DNA from: Candidatus Latescibacterota bacterium
GTDB taxonomy: Bacteria > Latescibacterota > UBA2968
Assembly (NCBI GenBank): GCA_965204745.1
Contig: OZ242010.1
Location: 4,032,001 to 4,096,000 of the forward strand
Direction of reading: 5' to 3'
DNA: 64,000 nt
Shown here: one piece after another, positions 49,629-60,458 of the stretch
Layout: the number at the start of each line of letters is the position of its first letter
How positions within the stretch are numbered: the first letter of the stretch is position 1
Notes under the pieces: model-generated
Told to the model about the DNA's origin: nothing
What the model saw: only the letters and a program-made list of their open reading frames with translations
Databases searched by the model: none
Translations under genes and position numbers: made by a program

Positions 49629-51110
49629 TCACGGAGTACTCGAATACCCCGGAATGTGGTAGTGGGGAATGGCCCAGCCCGCGTCTTGGATCAGCAGGTT
49701 CGCGTCCGCGCTTTGGGGTTCGGCAATGCGGTCGAAGGCTTTCCAGTTGTCGCCATCTAAGGGTTCGGCATAGCCCTCGTCCCGAAAGAAGGCGATCAGG
49801 TTTTCGCGCATGGTTTTCACCTCGGAAGCGTAGAGCACATTGTACGCACAGTTGCGCGTTTCCTCGGCATCCACGCGGTGATCGAGCAGGTATTCCTTTT
49901 GATCGCCCGCGGAGTAAATGTATTTCAACGCGCCGTTGTACGCCATGTACACGCCGCGTTGCCCGCGCTGAATCTGCCCGTAAATCATTCGGTCGTTCCG
50001 GTTGTGGACCAACTCGGCCAGATCCACACCGTCCAAAGCCACATCGCGGGGAGAAACGCCCGCAGCGGCCAAAAAGGTCGGCATCAGATCCATCAACCCG
50101 CAGGGCGTTTCTTCAACTACGCCACGCGGGAACCGGTCCGGATAACGCGCCACCATGGGCACGCGGGCCGCCGCGTCGAGAAAACTGCGCTTGCCAAAAC
50201 AGTTGTAATCCCCGAGCAACTCGCCGTGATCAGATGACCAGACGATCAAGGTCTGATCCAATTCCCCTTGCTGTTCGAGCGCGTGGATGATCCGCCCCAC
50301 GCTGTAGTCGATAAACGACACGCACGCCCAGTAATACCCGCGCATCACCTGCAACATGCGATCATCCAACCCCGCATCGCGGTACTTGTAGCGGTTCTGA
50401 TGCCGGTTGAGGTGCGTCCACAGGTCTTCCATGTCGTCCGGGCGTTTGGGCAAGGGCATCAGCGCGCCGCGGTAGAGTTTGTTCCAAGGCGTCGGCGGGG
50501 AAAACGGCGGGTGCGGGTGGATGAAACTCGACCACAGGAAAAACGGCTTGGACACATCGCGGGTTTGCAAAAAGTCGATGCTGCGGTCCGCCACCCAAGC
50601 GGTGGGATGCAGGCGTGCGGGCAGTTGGGAAATTTGCGGGATATAATACATTTCGCCGCGCGCGCCCATCACGTCGTGGACGTGCCCAAAGCCCTGCGCG
50701 TGGACGAATTGGAGATAATCGTCCGCATCGACCGACCCGCAGAGTTCCTCCTGCACGTCGCGCGTGTGAAACCCCCGCAATCCCCTGCGATCACCCGTAA
50801 AGTGCATCTTGCCCACGCCGTGACAGCAATACCCCGCCCGTGCGAGGCAGTCCATCAGAGAGGGCCGGTCCGTCGGTTGCGGAAATCCGTTGTCAAAACA
50901 GCCGTTGTTGTGCGGGTACTGCCCGGTGATGATCGCTGCGCGTGCAGACACGCAAACCGGCGACGGCGTGTATCCCCGTGAAAAATTCACGCCCTCGCGG
51001 CAAAGCCTGTCCATGACCGGCGTGCGAATGTGTGGATTATTAGCCGCGTGGATGGTGTCCCAACGTTGCTGGTCCGTCAACACGAACAAAATATTGGGTT
51101 GGTTCGGCAT
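49629..51110 (-). CDS. Sulfatase-like hydrolase
   Basis: PNILFVLTDQQR, SPVCVSARA, GKMH, HPHPP, SDHG. Confidence 0.9.
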   Translation of the reverse strand: MPNQPNILFVLTDQQRWDTIHAANNPHIRTPVMDRLCREGVNFSRGYTPSPVCVSARAAIITGQYPHNNGCFDNGFPQPTDRPSLMDCLARAGYCCHGVGKMHFTGDRRGLRGFHTRDVQEELCGSVDADDYLQFVHAQGFGHVHDVMGARGEMYYIPQISQLPARLHPTAWVADRSIDFLQTRDVSKPFFLWSSFIHPHPPFSPPTPWNKLYRGALMPLPKRPDDMEDLWTHLNRHQNRYKYRDAGLDDRMLQVMRGYYWACVSFIDYSVGRIIHALEQQGELDQTLIVWSSDHGELLGDYNCFGKRSFLDAAARVPMVARYPDRFPRGVVEETPCGLMDLMPTFLAAAGVSPRDVALDGVDLAELVHNRNDRMIYGQIQRGQRGVYMAYNGALKYIYSAGDQKEYLLDHRVDAEETRNCAYNVLYASEVKTMRENLIAFFRDEGYAEPLDGDNWKAFDRIAEPQSADANLLIQDAGWAIPHYHIPGYSSTP

Positions 51111-51136
51111 GGTTCACTCCTCAAAAAATTGCGATT

Positions 51137-52417
51137 TTAACGCCCCATCGCCTGCAAGTAAAAACACAGCCCCAGCCCTGCAAAGACCGTGAGGGCAGAC
51201 AGGGCAAACACGCCTTGCAGATGCACCGTATCCGCGAGCGCGCCGCCCAGGATGGGATAGAGCGAGCCGACGCCCATCACGGTATTGGTAATGCCCACGT
51301 AAGTCGGGCGTCTCTCTGCGGGCGCGATGTCCAAAAGATAGCTTTTGAACCCGATAAAAACGCCCGTTGTGCTGCCGCCTATCAGAAAGAAAATGGGCGC
51401 GAAACAGCCTGCGATCACCCACTCGGACATGCGTTGCAATACATGGGCATAAGCACTCAACCCCAATGCCAAACACGGGATTAACGCCACGCCCAACACG
51501 GCGACGAGCACCACGCGGTGGTTGCCGCGCCTGATGGACAACTGCCCCCAGATGATGTTAAAAACAGCCGCGCCAATGGTTTGCACGGCCAAGAAAAAGC
51601 CGACCGTACTTTCGGAAATGCGAAAGGTCTCGCGGGCGAGCACCACGTAAAACGGGAGCGAAAACCCTATCCCAGAAGACAGGACTTGCACCCACAGAAA
51701 ACGCTTGAAATTGCGGTCGCGGCGCAACAAGTTCGGAATGTCGCGCATCACTTGAAGGGCGTTTCTCGGCGCTGTGCTCACCTCGGCCTCTGGCTCTCGC
51801 ACCAAGCAAAAGCACCCGATGCCCAAACTCATCATTCCCGCGCCCAGTGCAAAAATCGCGCCGTAGTTCATCGGAAACGCGTACCCAGTTGCGGGATGCA
51901 GAAAATACTCGACCAATACGCCCGCTGCAATGCTCAGCACCCCGCCCAAAAACGAGCGCGACGCGTAGAACAATCCGGTGTGCGAGCGCGGGAGGGACTT
52001 GCCCACGATGTCCGTATAGGCATTGCCCGCAAGCCCGCCAAACAGAGATGCCACCCCGTACATGACGAGAAACCCGCTCAATACCAAACTCGGTCTCTCG
52101 CTTTTGCACCACGCGAGCAGGGGCACAATGGCCCAAATCAGGGACATTCGCACGGCATTCGCCCGCCGGTACACGGGCAACCGCCTCCTGCGCCGCTCCA
52201 AATATCCGGCCACGAGCAGTTGGGGCAAATGCCAACCCGCGCGGTGCAGGGAACTGCCCAAGCCGACCAGCGTATCCGAGGTGGTGAAATGCCGAATGAA
52301 AACGGGCAAGACCGTTGTGGGATCCAAAAACGCGATGCCAAATGCGAACACCCCGCCGTTGCACACGCCCACGATAAAATTGAATCGCGCATTGCCCTTG
52401 TTTGGTAGAAATCCCAT
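51137..52417 (-). CDS. MFS transporter
   Basis: About 12 hydrophobic segments, DPTTVLP, ERRPTYVG. Confidence 0.8.
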   Translation of the reverse strand: MGFLPNKGNARFNFIVGVCNGGVFAFGIAFLDPTTVLPVFIRHFTTSDTLVGLGSSLHRAGWHLPQLLVAGYLERRRRRLPVYRRANAVRMSLIWAIVPLLAWCKSERPSLVLSGFLVMYGVASLFGGLAGNAYTDIVGKSLPRSHTGLFYASRSFLGGVLSIAAGVLVEYFLHPATGYAFPMNYGAIFALGAGMMSLGIGCFCLVREPEAEVSTAPRNALQVMRDIPNLLRRDRNFKRFLWVQVLSSGIGFSLPFYVVLARETFRISESTVGFFLAVQTIGAAVFNIIWGQLSIRRGNHRVVLVAVLGVALIPCLALGLSAYAHVLQRMSEWVIAGCFAPIFFLIGGSTTGVFIGFKSYLLDIAPAERRPTYVGITNTVMGVGSLYPILGGALADTVHLQGVFALSALTVFAGLGLCFYLQAMGR

Positions 52418-52637
52418 GACGCGCTATTATATCTTTCGGATGCTGTGCGTGCAAGGTGAAAGTCAACGGAACGGGGTACAACAGGCCGTCTCTCAGGCTA
52501 GTTCATCGGCGTTTCGCGTTTAGATATCAGCCCTCGCCGATCCATCCCGCAGGGAGAATTTATGGGCTTGAAAATTTTGAAATAATTGAGTATGTTCTCC
52601 CTGACCCGCGAGTTGTGAATACCTCAAACCGAGAGAT

Positions 52638-53057
52638 TTGAACGCCATGTCCGCCACAGACTTGCCCGCGATAAACGCCTGTCTCAATGGGGGTTGCACC
52701 ATTTTTCTCGTGTTGGGATTTATCGCTATCAACCGCGGCGCCATCAAAACGCACCAGAAATGCATGATCGCCGCGTTGATTTTATCCGCCCTCTTTTTGA
52801 CCTGCTACCTGATTTACCACTTTCAGGTCGGCTCTGTGCCCTATCCGCATCGCGATTGGACGCGCCCGATCTACTTTGCCATTCTCATCCCGCACGTCGT
52901 TTTGGCTGCTGTGAATGCGCCCTTTATCATCGCGCTCGTCTGGCGTGCGTTTAAGGGCGACTTTGATCGCCACCGCCGGCTCGCCCGATGGGTTTGGCCG
53001 AGTTGGATTTTTGTGTCCATCACCGGCGTGATCATCTATTTGATGCTTTACGGATGA
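52638..53057 (+). CDS. DUF420 family membrane protein
   Basis: PAINACLN, SALFLTCYLIYH, HRRLARW, VSITGVIIY. Confidence 0.88.
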   Translation: MNAMSATDLPAINACLNGGCTIFLVLGFIAINRGAIKTHQKCMIAALILSALFLTCYLIYHFQVGSVPYPHRDWTRPIYFAILIPHVVLAAVNAPFIIALVWRAFKGDFDRHRRLARWVWPSWIFVSITGVIIYLMLYG

Positions 53058-53089
53058 TGAACTGCAATAATTGCAATTGGAGGCCATCT

Positions 53090-54997
53090 ATGAATAAGCT
53101 CACTGTTGCCGATCCCGAAACCCGCTCGGTCGACCTCGTTTCCGAGAACATCGCGCAACTGAAAACCCTATTTCCGGAGACATTCGCCGAAGGGAAAATT
53201 GACTTTGCGGTATTGCGACAACTGCTCGGCGACGCCATTGACGAAGGCACTGAAAAATACGGCCTTAACTGGCATGGCAAGTGGCATGCCCGCAGGCTCG
53301 CACTCATGCCCAGTGCAGGAACCCTGCGCCCCTGCCCAGATGAGAGCCTCAATTGGGACGCGACGCAAAATCTGATGATTGAAGGCGACAACCTCGAAGT
53401 GCTGAAGTTGCTACAAAAGAGCTACTACGGCAAAGTGAAATTGATTTACATCGACCCGCCTTACAACACCGGCAAGGATTTCATCTATCCCGACAACTAC
53501 AAGGATGGTATTCAGAATTATCTCAAAATCACCGGTCAACTTGACGACAACGACCAAAATCTGTCGTCCAACACCGATGCGTCAGGTCGCTTCCACACCA
53601 AATGGCTGAATATGATGTACCCGCGCTTAAAAATTGCCCGCAACATGCTGCGAAATGATGGAATCTTGGTTATCTCTATCTCTGATTCAGAAGTCCACAA
53701 TCTCCGGTCGTGCCTTGACGAGATCTTTGGCATAGACAATCTATTGGGTTGTGTGATGTGGAAGTCGACCAAATCGGTAACGAACACGGCACTGATTTCG
53801 GTCTCACATACTTACAATTTAATCTACGCCCGCAACCGCGATTATTTTGTCGAGAATCGCATGCACTTTCGCCTACTGGAAGAAGGCGAGGGATTTTCCA
53901 ACCCCGATAATGATCCGCGTGGCCCTTGGAAAGCCGATCCCTTTCAAGTAGGCGGTGAACGCCCTAACCAGAGGTATCCCATTACCAATCCCAAAACGGG
54001 CGCGATATATCGTCCTAATCCTGGAAATAGTTGGAAAAATGAACAGAAGGTTTTTGAGCAACTACGGGCTGATAATCGCATCGTTTTTGGCGTGAACGGC
54101 GATGCAGGGCCGCAACGCAAGCGTTTTTTGACCGAGGCTGAAGAACGAGGTCGGGTAGCCAAAACATGGTGGGATGATGTTGACACGACCACAAATGCGA
54201 CAAGAGCGACAAAAAAACTGATGGGAGAATCCGTGTTTGACAATCCAAAGCCGGTGTCCCTTATCCAAAGGTTCGTTCAACTTGGTACTCACGATCCGTC
54301 TGACGCTATCGTAATGGACTTTTTTGCTGGCTCTGGAACGACCGCCCAGGCAGTCCTCGAACAAAATTTGGCTGACCGTGGGGTTAGAAGGCATATCTCG
54401 GTACAGCTCCCCGTTCCCCTTGATCCAGAAAATAAAGAGCAAAAAATTGCTGCAACGTATTGCGATTCTATTGGCAAGCCGCGCAACCTTGCCGAGTTGA
54501 CAAAAGAGCGTCTTCGCCGCACAGCGACCAAGATCAAAGACGAAAATCCGTTGCTTGCAGGCGACCTCGGCTTCCGAGTTTTCAAGCTCGACAGTTCTAA
54601 TATTCGACCTTGGGACCTAAACCGCGAAAATTTCAAGCAAAGGCTACTCGACAATGTAGAACATATCGAGAAAGACCGCAGTGAGGAGGATCTCCTGTAC
54701 GAATTGTTGCTCGAGTTTGGGCTCGACCTGTGCCTCACACTAGAAAAACGCGACATTGCCGGGAAGCGGGTAAATGTCGTCGACCGGGGCGTGCTCATTA
54801 CCTGCCTTGCCAAACAAATTGACCAATCCGAAGTTGAGGAACTCGCGCTTGGCATTGCGGCGTTGTACCGGCAACTGGAGAATACAGACGATACAGGGGT
54901 CGTTTTTCGAGACAGTGCTTTTGCAGACGACGTTGCCAAAATCAACCTCACCGAAATTTTGCGGCAGTACGGCATCAAAGACGTACGCAGTTTATAG
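53090..54997 (+). CDS. mod: Type III R-M methyltransferase (Mod)
   Basis: IEGDNLEVLKLL, IYIDPPY, FDNPKP, DFFAGSGTT; GGAGG RBS. Confidence 0.93.
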   Translation: MNKLTVADPETRSVDLVSENIAQLKTLFPETFAEGKIDFAVLRQLLGDAIDEGTEKYGLNWHGKWHARRLALMPSAGTLRPCPDESLNWDATQNLMIEGDNLEVLKLLQKSYYGKVKLIYIDPPYNTGKDFIYPDNYKDGIQNYLKITGQLDDNDQNLSSNTDASGRFHTKWLNMMYPRLKIARNMLRNDGILVISISDSEVHNLRSCLDEIFGIDNLLGCVMWKSTKSVTNTALISVSHTYNLIYARNRDYFVENRMHFRLLEEGEGFSNPDNDPRGPWKADPFQVGGERPNQRYPITNPKTGAIYRPNPGNSWKNEQKVFEQLRADNRIVFGVNGDAGPQRKRFLTEAEERGRVAKTWWDDVDTTTNATRATKKLMGESVFDNPKPVSLIQRFVQLGTHDPSDAIVMDFFAGSGTTAQAVLEQNLADRGVRRHISVQLPVPLDPENKEQKIAATYCDSIGKPRNLAELTKERLRRTATKIKDENPLLAGDLGFRVFKLDSSNIRPWDLNRENFKQRLLDNVEHIEKDRSEEDLLYELLLEFGLDLCLTLEKRDIAGKRVNVVDRGVLITCLAKQIDQSEVEELALGIAALYRQLENTDDTGVVFRDSAFADDVAKINLTEILRQYGIKDVRSL

Positions 54998-55005
54998 GGC
55001 GCACA

Positions 55006-57984
55006 ATGAAATTCCAATTTGAACCCGATCTGGATTATCAACGAAAAGCCATTGACGCCGTCTGCGACCTGTTCCGCGGGCAAGAGGCTTGCCGCAGTGA
55101 ATTTACAGCCTCGCACGCCCTGACCGAGCAGAGGCAACTCGGCTTTGCGGAGAACGACTTGGGCGTCGGCAACCGGCTGGCTTTGTCAGAAGACGCACTT
55201 TTGGCGAACTTGCAAGACATCCAACTTCGGAACGGGTTGCGTCCCTCGTCCGGGCTGGATTCCCATGATTTCAGCGTGGAGATGGAGACCGGCACCGGCA
55301 AGACCTATGTCTATCTGCGGACGATATTTGAATTGAACAAGCGGTATGGCTTCACAAAGTTCGCCATTGTCGTGCCGTCAATCGCCATTAAAGAAGGCGT
55401 CGACAAATCGCTCGCTATGATGCGTGATCACTTTCGCGCACTCTATTCGGGCGCGCCTTTCGAGCATTTCATCTACGACTCGACCCAGTTGGGCCAAGTT
55501 CGCAACTTTGCCACCAGTCCGCAGATTCAGATCATGGTGATGACGGTCGGTGCCATCAACAAACGGAACATCAACAGCATTTACCATGAAAGCGAAAAGA
55601 CAGGTGGGGAGAAACCCATCGACTTGGTTCGCGCCACCCATCCGATACTGATCGTCGATGAACCGCAAAGCGTGGATGGTGGGTTGAAGGGGCGCGGCAA
55701 GGAAGCACTTGAGACGATGAATCCGCTTTGCACCTTGCGCTATTCAGCCACACACATCGACCTGCACCACCCGGTCTATCGGCTCAACGCGGTAGATGCT
55801 TACGAACGCAAACTGGTCAAGCAGATTGAAGTGTCAGCCGGCACTGTTATAGACGATTACAACAGGCCCTATGTGCGATTGGTTGCAACGCGGCGACAAC
55901 GCGGCGTCATCAGTGCCCAAGTTGAGTTAACCATAAAAACGCAGACCGGCTCGGTGAGGCGTGAAATAATGGTTGTTCAAGATGGCGATTCTCTCGAACG
56001 CAAAACGCGATACGCAATCTACCACAACCATCACATCGGGGAGATTCGGGTTGAACGAGGCAATGAATATTTGGAGTTGCGCGTGCCGGGCACTGAGCAT
56101 TGGCTACGCGAAGGAGAAGCCTACGGCGATGTCGAAAATAGGGTTATCCAGCGGGAAATGATTCGCAGAACCATCCATGAGCATTTGGAAAAAGAGAAGG
56201 GGCTTCATAGGGAAGGGATCAAAGTTCTGACCCTCTTTTTTCTCGATAAAGTGGCGCATTATCGGGACTATGATAAAGATGGCAACGCCATCAAGGGGGA
56301 GTACGCACGCATTTTCGAAGAAGAATACCGGCGCGCCGCCAACAACCCGAACTATCGCGCCCTTTTTGAGGGGGTGTCCGACTTAACCGAAGCGGTTGAG
56401 CAGGTCCATAATGGCTATTTCTCCATTGACAAGCGGGGCGGGTGGACCGACACCGCAGAGAACGACCAAACCAACCGGGACAATGCCGAACGCGCTTACA
56501 ATCTGATTATGCGAGACAAGGAAAAATTGCTCAGTTTCGCAGAGCCGCTCAAATTCATTTTTTCGCACTCTGCTTTGCGCGAGGGTTGGGACAATCCCAA
56601 TGTGTTCCAAATCTGCGCGCTTCGAGATATTCAAACCGAACGGGAACGCCGCCAGACTATCGGCCGCGGCCTACGCCTGTGCGTCAACCAAGCAGGCCAG
56701 CGACAACGCGGTTTTGAGGTCAACACCCTCACCGTCATCGCAAGGGAGAGCTACGAAGATTTCGCCGACAATCTCCAGCGCGAAATTGAAGAGGAAACCG
56801 GCACCCGCTTTGGCACTGTTGAACCCCATCAATTTGCGTCGATCCAAGTTCGTGGCGAAGACGACCAAACCGAGTATTTGGGCTTGGAACAGTCGCAGAT
56901 GCTGTGGGAACACTTCAAGGCGCGGGGTTATATCGATGCAGATCAAAAAATTGCGGATGCTTTGACCTTGGACGCAGGCAACTTCGCTTTACCCGCCCAC
57001 TTTGAACCCCTGCGCGAGGCCATAGCCGAAGTGTTGCGTAAAGCCAATGGTCGGATTGTGATCAAAGACCGCAATGAACGCCGCCGAGCGCATCCACGAG
57101 AAGCGGTACTGGATGGCGAAGAATTCAAAGCCCTTTGGGACCGCATCAAGTACAAGACGACTTACCGCGTCAAATTCGACAACGAGGAACTGATCAAAAA
57201 GTGTTCCGAGACACTCAGAGACGCGCCTCCAATACCGCGTACCAGACTCCAGTGGAACGCGGCGGATCTACGGATTGGGGAAGCCGGAGTACAAGCCAAA
57301 CTGCGAGAGCAAAGCGCGGCGATAAATTTGGTTGACGACCATATAGCCCTTCCCGATGTGTTCACCGAACTCCAAAACAGGACCCAACTGACCCGGCGGA
57401 GCATTCAACGCATCCTGTTGGCGAGCGGACGACTGGACGATTTTTGCGTCAATCCGCAAAAATTCATCGAAATAGCGGCCGAGGCCATCAATCGCCGCAA
57501 GCGTCTAGCGGTGGTCGATGGGATCAAATATCAGCGGTTAGGGGCCGACGCCTACTACGCCCAAGAACTGTTCATGAGCGAGGAAATGACCGGGTACTTA
57601 AAAAATATGCTCGTCTCGCAAAAGTCGGCCTACGACCATGTCGTCTATGACTCTGCCAACGAGGCGGCTTTTGCCGATCAACTCGAAAAAAATATCGCCA
57701 TCAAAGTGTACGCCAAGTTGCCGAGGTGGTTCCAAGTGCCTACCCCACTGGGAGGCTATACCCCGGATTGGGCCGTGCTCGTAGAAGATGGCGACGGGGA
57801 GCGGCTTTACTTTGTCGCAGAAACGAAAAGCACAGCATTCCTCGACGATCTCCGCAATATCGAACGGGCCAAAGTCGCGTGTGGGCGGGCCCACTTTTCA
57901 GCACTGAAAGTTGGGGAATCGCCGATAGAATACCGGGTTGTACACACGCTGGACGAATTGATGGCAGATGAGGAAAAAAAATGA
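55006..57984 (+). CDS. res: Type III R-M restriction subunit (Res)
   Basis: METGTGKT, DEPQ, LREGWDNPN, QTIGRGLR, PDW...ETK nuclease. Confidence 0.93.
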   Translation: MKFQFEPDLDYQRKAIDAVCDLFRGQEACRSEFTASHALTEQRQLGFAENDLGVGNRLALSEDALLANLQDIQLRNGLRPSSGLDSHDFSVEMETGTGKTYVYLRTIFELNKRYGFTKFAIVVPSIAIKEGVDKSLAMMRDHFRALYSGAPFEHFIYDSTQLGQVRNFATSPQIQIMVMTVGAINKRNINSIYHESEKTGGEKPIDLVRATHPILIVDEPQSVDGGLKGRGKEALETMNPLCTLRYSATHIDLHHPVYRLNAVDAYERKLVKQIEVSAGTVIDDYNRPYVRLVATRRQRGVISAQVELTIKTQTGSVRREIMVVQDGDSLERKTRYAIYHNHHIGEIRVERGNEYLELRVPGTEHWLREGEAYGDVENRVIQREMIRRTIHEHLEKEKGLHREGIKVLTLFFLDKVAHYRDYDKDGNAIKGEYARIFEEEYRRAANNPNYRALFEGVSDLTEAVEQVHNGYFSIDKRGGWTDTAENDQTNRDNAERAYNLIMRDKEKLLSFAEPLKFIFSHSALREGWDNPNVFQICALRDIQTERERRQTIGRGLRLCVNQAGQRQRGFEVNTLTVIARESYEDFADNLQREIEEETGTRFGTVEPHQFASIQVRGEDDQTEYLGLEQSQMLWEHFKARGYIDADQKIADALTLDAGNFALPAHFEPLREAIAEVLRKANGRIVIKDRNERRRAHPREAVLDGEEFKALWDRIKYKTTYRVKFDNEELIKKCSETLRDAPPIPRTRLQWNAADLRIGEAGVQAKLREQSAAINLVDDHIALPDVFTELQNRTQLTRRSIQRILLASGRLDDFCVNPQKFIEIAAEAINRRKRLAVVDGIKYQRLGADAYYAQELFMSEEMTGYLKNMLVSQKSAYDHVVYDSANEAAFADQLEKNIAIKVYAKLPRWFQVPTPLGGYTPDWAVLVEDGDGERLYFVAETKSTAFLDDLRNIERAKVACGRAHFSALKVGESPIEYRVVHTLDELMADEEKK

Positions 57985-58871
57985 ACATCTTAATATCTGG
58001 TGCCTCTGGCTTGATTGGGTCGGCAATGAAGACCGCGTTGCACGCGCGCGGGGATCGCGTTTTGTCCCTGACGCGGCGCGTTGCTCGCAGTGACAGCGAA
58101 ATCACTTGGGATCCGGTTGCAAATGTCCTCGATCCCTCGCGGCTCGTCGATATCGATGGGGTCATCCATCTGGCCGGCGAGAACATCGCGGCGGGACGTT
58201 GGACAGCCGCGCAAAAAGCGCGTATCCGGGACAGCCGGGTGCAGGGCACGGGCTTGCTCGCGCAGACCCTCGCGCAACTGCCTGCGCCGCCAAGCGCGTT
58301 CATCTCCGCGTCGGCCATCGGTTATTACGGCAACCGAGGAGACGAACTCCTCACCGAAGACAGCCCGCCCGGAGAGGGCTTTCTCCCCGAGGTCTCGGTC
58401 GCTTGGGAACGGGCCGCCCGTCCCGTAGCAGAAGCGGGCATCCGCACCGTGCATCCGCGCATTGGCATCGTCTTGTCGCGCAACGGGGGGGCACTCGCCA
58501 AAATGCGCTTGCCCTTCAAATTGGGATTGGGCGGCACCATCGGGTCGGGCGATCAATACATGAGTTGGATCGCCCTCGACGACTTGGTCGCGCTGTTCCT
58601 GTTCGCATTGGACGACGAATCCATCAGCGGCGCGGTCAATGCCGTGTCCCCAACGCCGGTGACCAACCGCGAATTTACCAAAACCCTGGCCCGCGTCCTG
58701 TCGCGCCCCGCGATTTTCCCGGTGCCCGCTTTTGCCGCCAAACTCGCACTCGGGGAAATGGCCGACGCCCTCTTGCTCGCCAGTACCCGCGTGATTTCCA
58801 CACGCCTCGAAAACACATCCTTTTCCTTTGCCCATTCGGACCTCGAGGCGGCATTGCGGCGGGAGATGTGA
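57981..58871 (+). CDS. TIGR01777 family epimerase/oxidoreductase
   Basis: ISGASGLIG, HLAGENI, SASAIGYYG. Confidence 0.9.
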   Translation: MNILISGASGLIGSAMKTALHARGDRVLSLTRRVARSDSEITWDPVANVLDPSRLVDIDGVIHLAGENIAAGRWTAAQKARIRDSRVQGTGLLAQTLAQLPAPPSAFISASAIGYYGNRGDELLTEDSPPGEGFLPEVSVAWERAARPVAEAGIRTVHPRIGIVLSRNGGALAKMRLPFKLGLGGTIGSGDQYMSWIALDDLVALFLFALDDESISGAVNAVSPTPVTNREFTKTLARVLSRPAIFPVPAFAAKLALGEMADALLLASTRVISTRLENTSFSFAHSDLEAALRREM

Positions 58872-58960
58872 CGGATTGCGCGGCTTGTAGGATCGCAGCT
58901 AGAGCGGTTCTCGAGCGAACTCGCACGTCTTTCCAAATCCAGTTCTCAGGAGGACTTCTT

Positions 58961-60373
58961 ATGGCTTTGCGCGAACACTCCTTCAAAGAAAGCGTTGACC
59001 TCATGTTTGAACGGGCCGCGGCAACCCTCGACTTGCCCCCCGGCTTGGCCGACCAGATCAAGACCAACAACAACATTTACATGGTGCGTTTTTTTGTCAA
59101 ATGCCATGGGCGCTACCAGATTTTCACGGGTTGGCGGTCGGTTCACAGCGAGCATCGCCTGCCGGTAAAAGGCGGCATTCGCTTTGCCCCCACAGTCAAT
59201 CAAGAGGACGTGGAAGCACTCGCGGCCCTCATGACGTACAAATGCGCCATCGTCGATGTGCCCTTTGGCGGATCCAAAGGTGGCTTGTGCATCGACCCGC
59301 GCGACTACGACGAGGAAGACCTCGAGCGCATCACCCGGCGGTTTGCACAGGAATTGATCAAAAAGGGATATATCAACCCGGCCCTCAATGTTCCCGCGCC
59401 CGACATGGGCACCAGCGACCGAGAAATGGCCTGGATCGCCGACACCTATCGCAGCATGCACCCCGAAGACATCGATGCCATCGCTTGTACGACGGGCAAA
59501 CCCTTCTCCCAAGGCGGGATTCAAGGGCGGCTCGAAGCGACCGGACGGGGGGTTTTTTACGGGCTGAAAGAATTTTTCAATTACCCGCAAGACGTCAAAG
59601 CCGCGGGGTTGGAGGGCGATTTGGAGGGCAAGCGCGTCATTGTGCAGGGCTTGGGCAATGTGGGCTTTCACGCGACAAAATTTTTGGAAGAAGAAAGTGG
59701 GGCGCGCATCGTCGGCATTATTGAACGCGACGGCGGCGTCTGGTGCGAGAAGGGATTCTCCGTTGAAGATGTCGCAGCGTACCGCGCAGAACGCGGTTCG
59801 GCGAAAGGCTTTCCGGGCGCCACTTATGTCGCAGATGGCAAACGCATGCTCGAAGCGGAATGCGATGTGCTGATCCCGGCTGCGGTCGAAGGTCAACTCA
59901 CGCTCGAAAATGCACGGCGTATCAAAGCCCCGGTGATTGCAGAAGCCGCCAATGGTCCGATCACATTTGAAGCAGACGACGTGTTGCGACGCGCCGGCAA
60001 GATCATCATCCCCGACACCTACCTCAATGCGGGCGGCGTCACGGTTTCGTATTTTGAGTGGATCAAGAACCTCTCCCACATCCGTTTTGGCCGGCTCGAC
60101 AGGCGGCTCGAGGCGCACCGCGGCGCGCAAATCATCGAAGCCATAGAAGAAATGGTCGGCAAACCCGTTCCCGACCATCTCAAATCCAAACTCTCTTACG
60201 GCGCGGACGAATTGGATTTGGTGCGTTCGGGACTCGAAGATACGATGAGCATTGCCTATCAAACCATGCGTGAAATTCGCAACTCGCGCGACAATGTGCC
60301 GGATTTACGCACGGCAGCCTTTGTGATCGCCATCGAAAAAATCGCACAGGCGTATATTGAGATGGGATTGTGA
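58961..60373 (+). CDS. gdhA: Glu/Leu/Phe/Val dehydrogenase (glutamate dehydrogenase)
   Basis: KGGIRF, PFGGSKGG, PAPDMGT, QGLGNVG, NAGGVTVSYFEW; AGGAGG RBS. Confidence 0.92.
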   Translation: MALREHSFKESVDLMFERAAATLDLPPGLADQIKTNNNIYMVRFFVKCHGRYQIFTGWRSVHSEHRLPVKGGIRFAPTVNQEDVEALAALMTYKCAIVDVPFGGSKGGLCIDPRDYDEEDLERITRRFAQELIKKGYINPALNVPAPDMGTSDREMAWIADTYRSMHPEDIDAIACTTGKPFSQGGIQGRLEATGRGVFYGLKEFFNYPQDVKAAGLEGDLEGKRVIVQGLGNVGFHATKFLEEESGARIVGIIERDGGVWCEKGFSVEDVAAYRAERGSAKGFPGATYVADGKRMLEAECDVLIPAAVEGQLTLENARRIKAPVIAEAANGPITFEADDVLRRAGKIIIPDTYLNAGGVTVSYFEWIKNLSHIRFGRLDRRLEAHRGAQIIEAIEEMVGKPVPDHLKSKLSYGADELDLVRSGLEDTMSIAYQTMREIRNSRDNVPDLRTAAFVIAIEKIAQAYIEMGL

Positions 60374-60458
60374 GGGTGAGATACAAGCCTCGTACATTTG
60401 CGAGAAACACGACCCGTTCATCGGGTTTTTCCATCACTTCAAAAGTTAGGAGTATCTC

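Noticed and set aside
49300-49632. 110-aa ORF after the sulfatase
   Set aside because: No recognisable motif; at most a ~50-aa C-terminal part may be real
53090-54997. Phase-variable mod gene
   Set aside because: No simple-sequence repeat tract seen; frame intact
58106-58960. N-terminal extension of glutamate dehydrogenase
   Set aside because: Overlaps the TIGR01777 gene in another frame; strong RBS at ATG 58961
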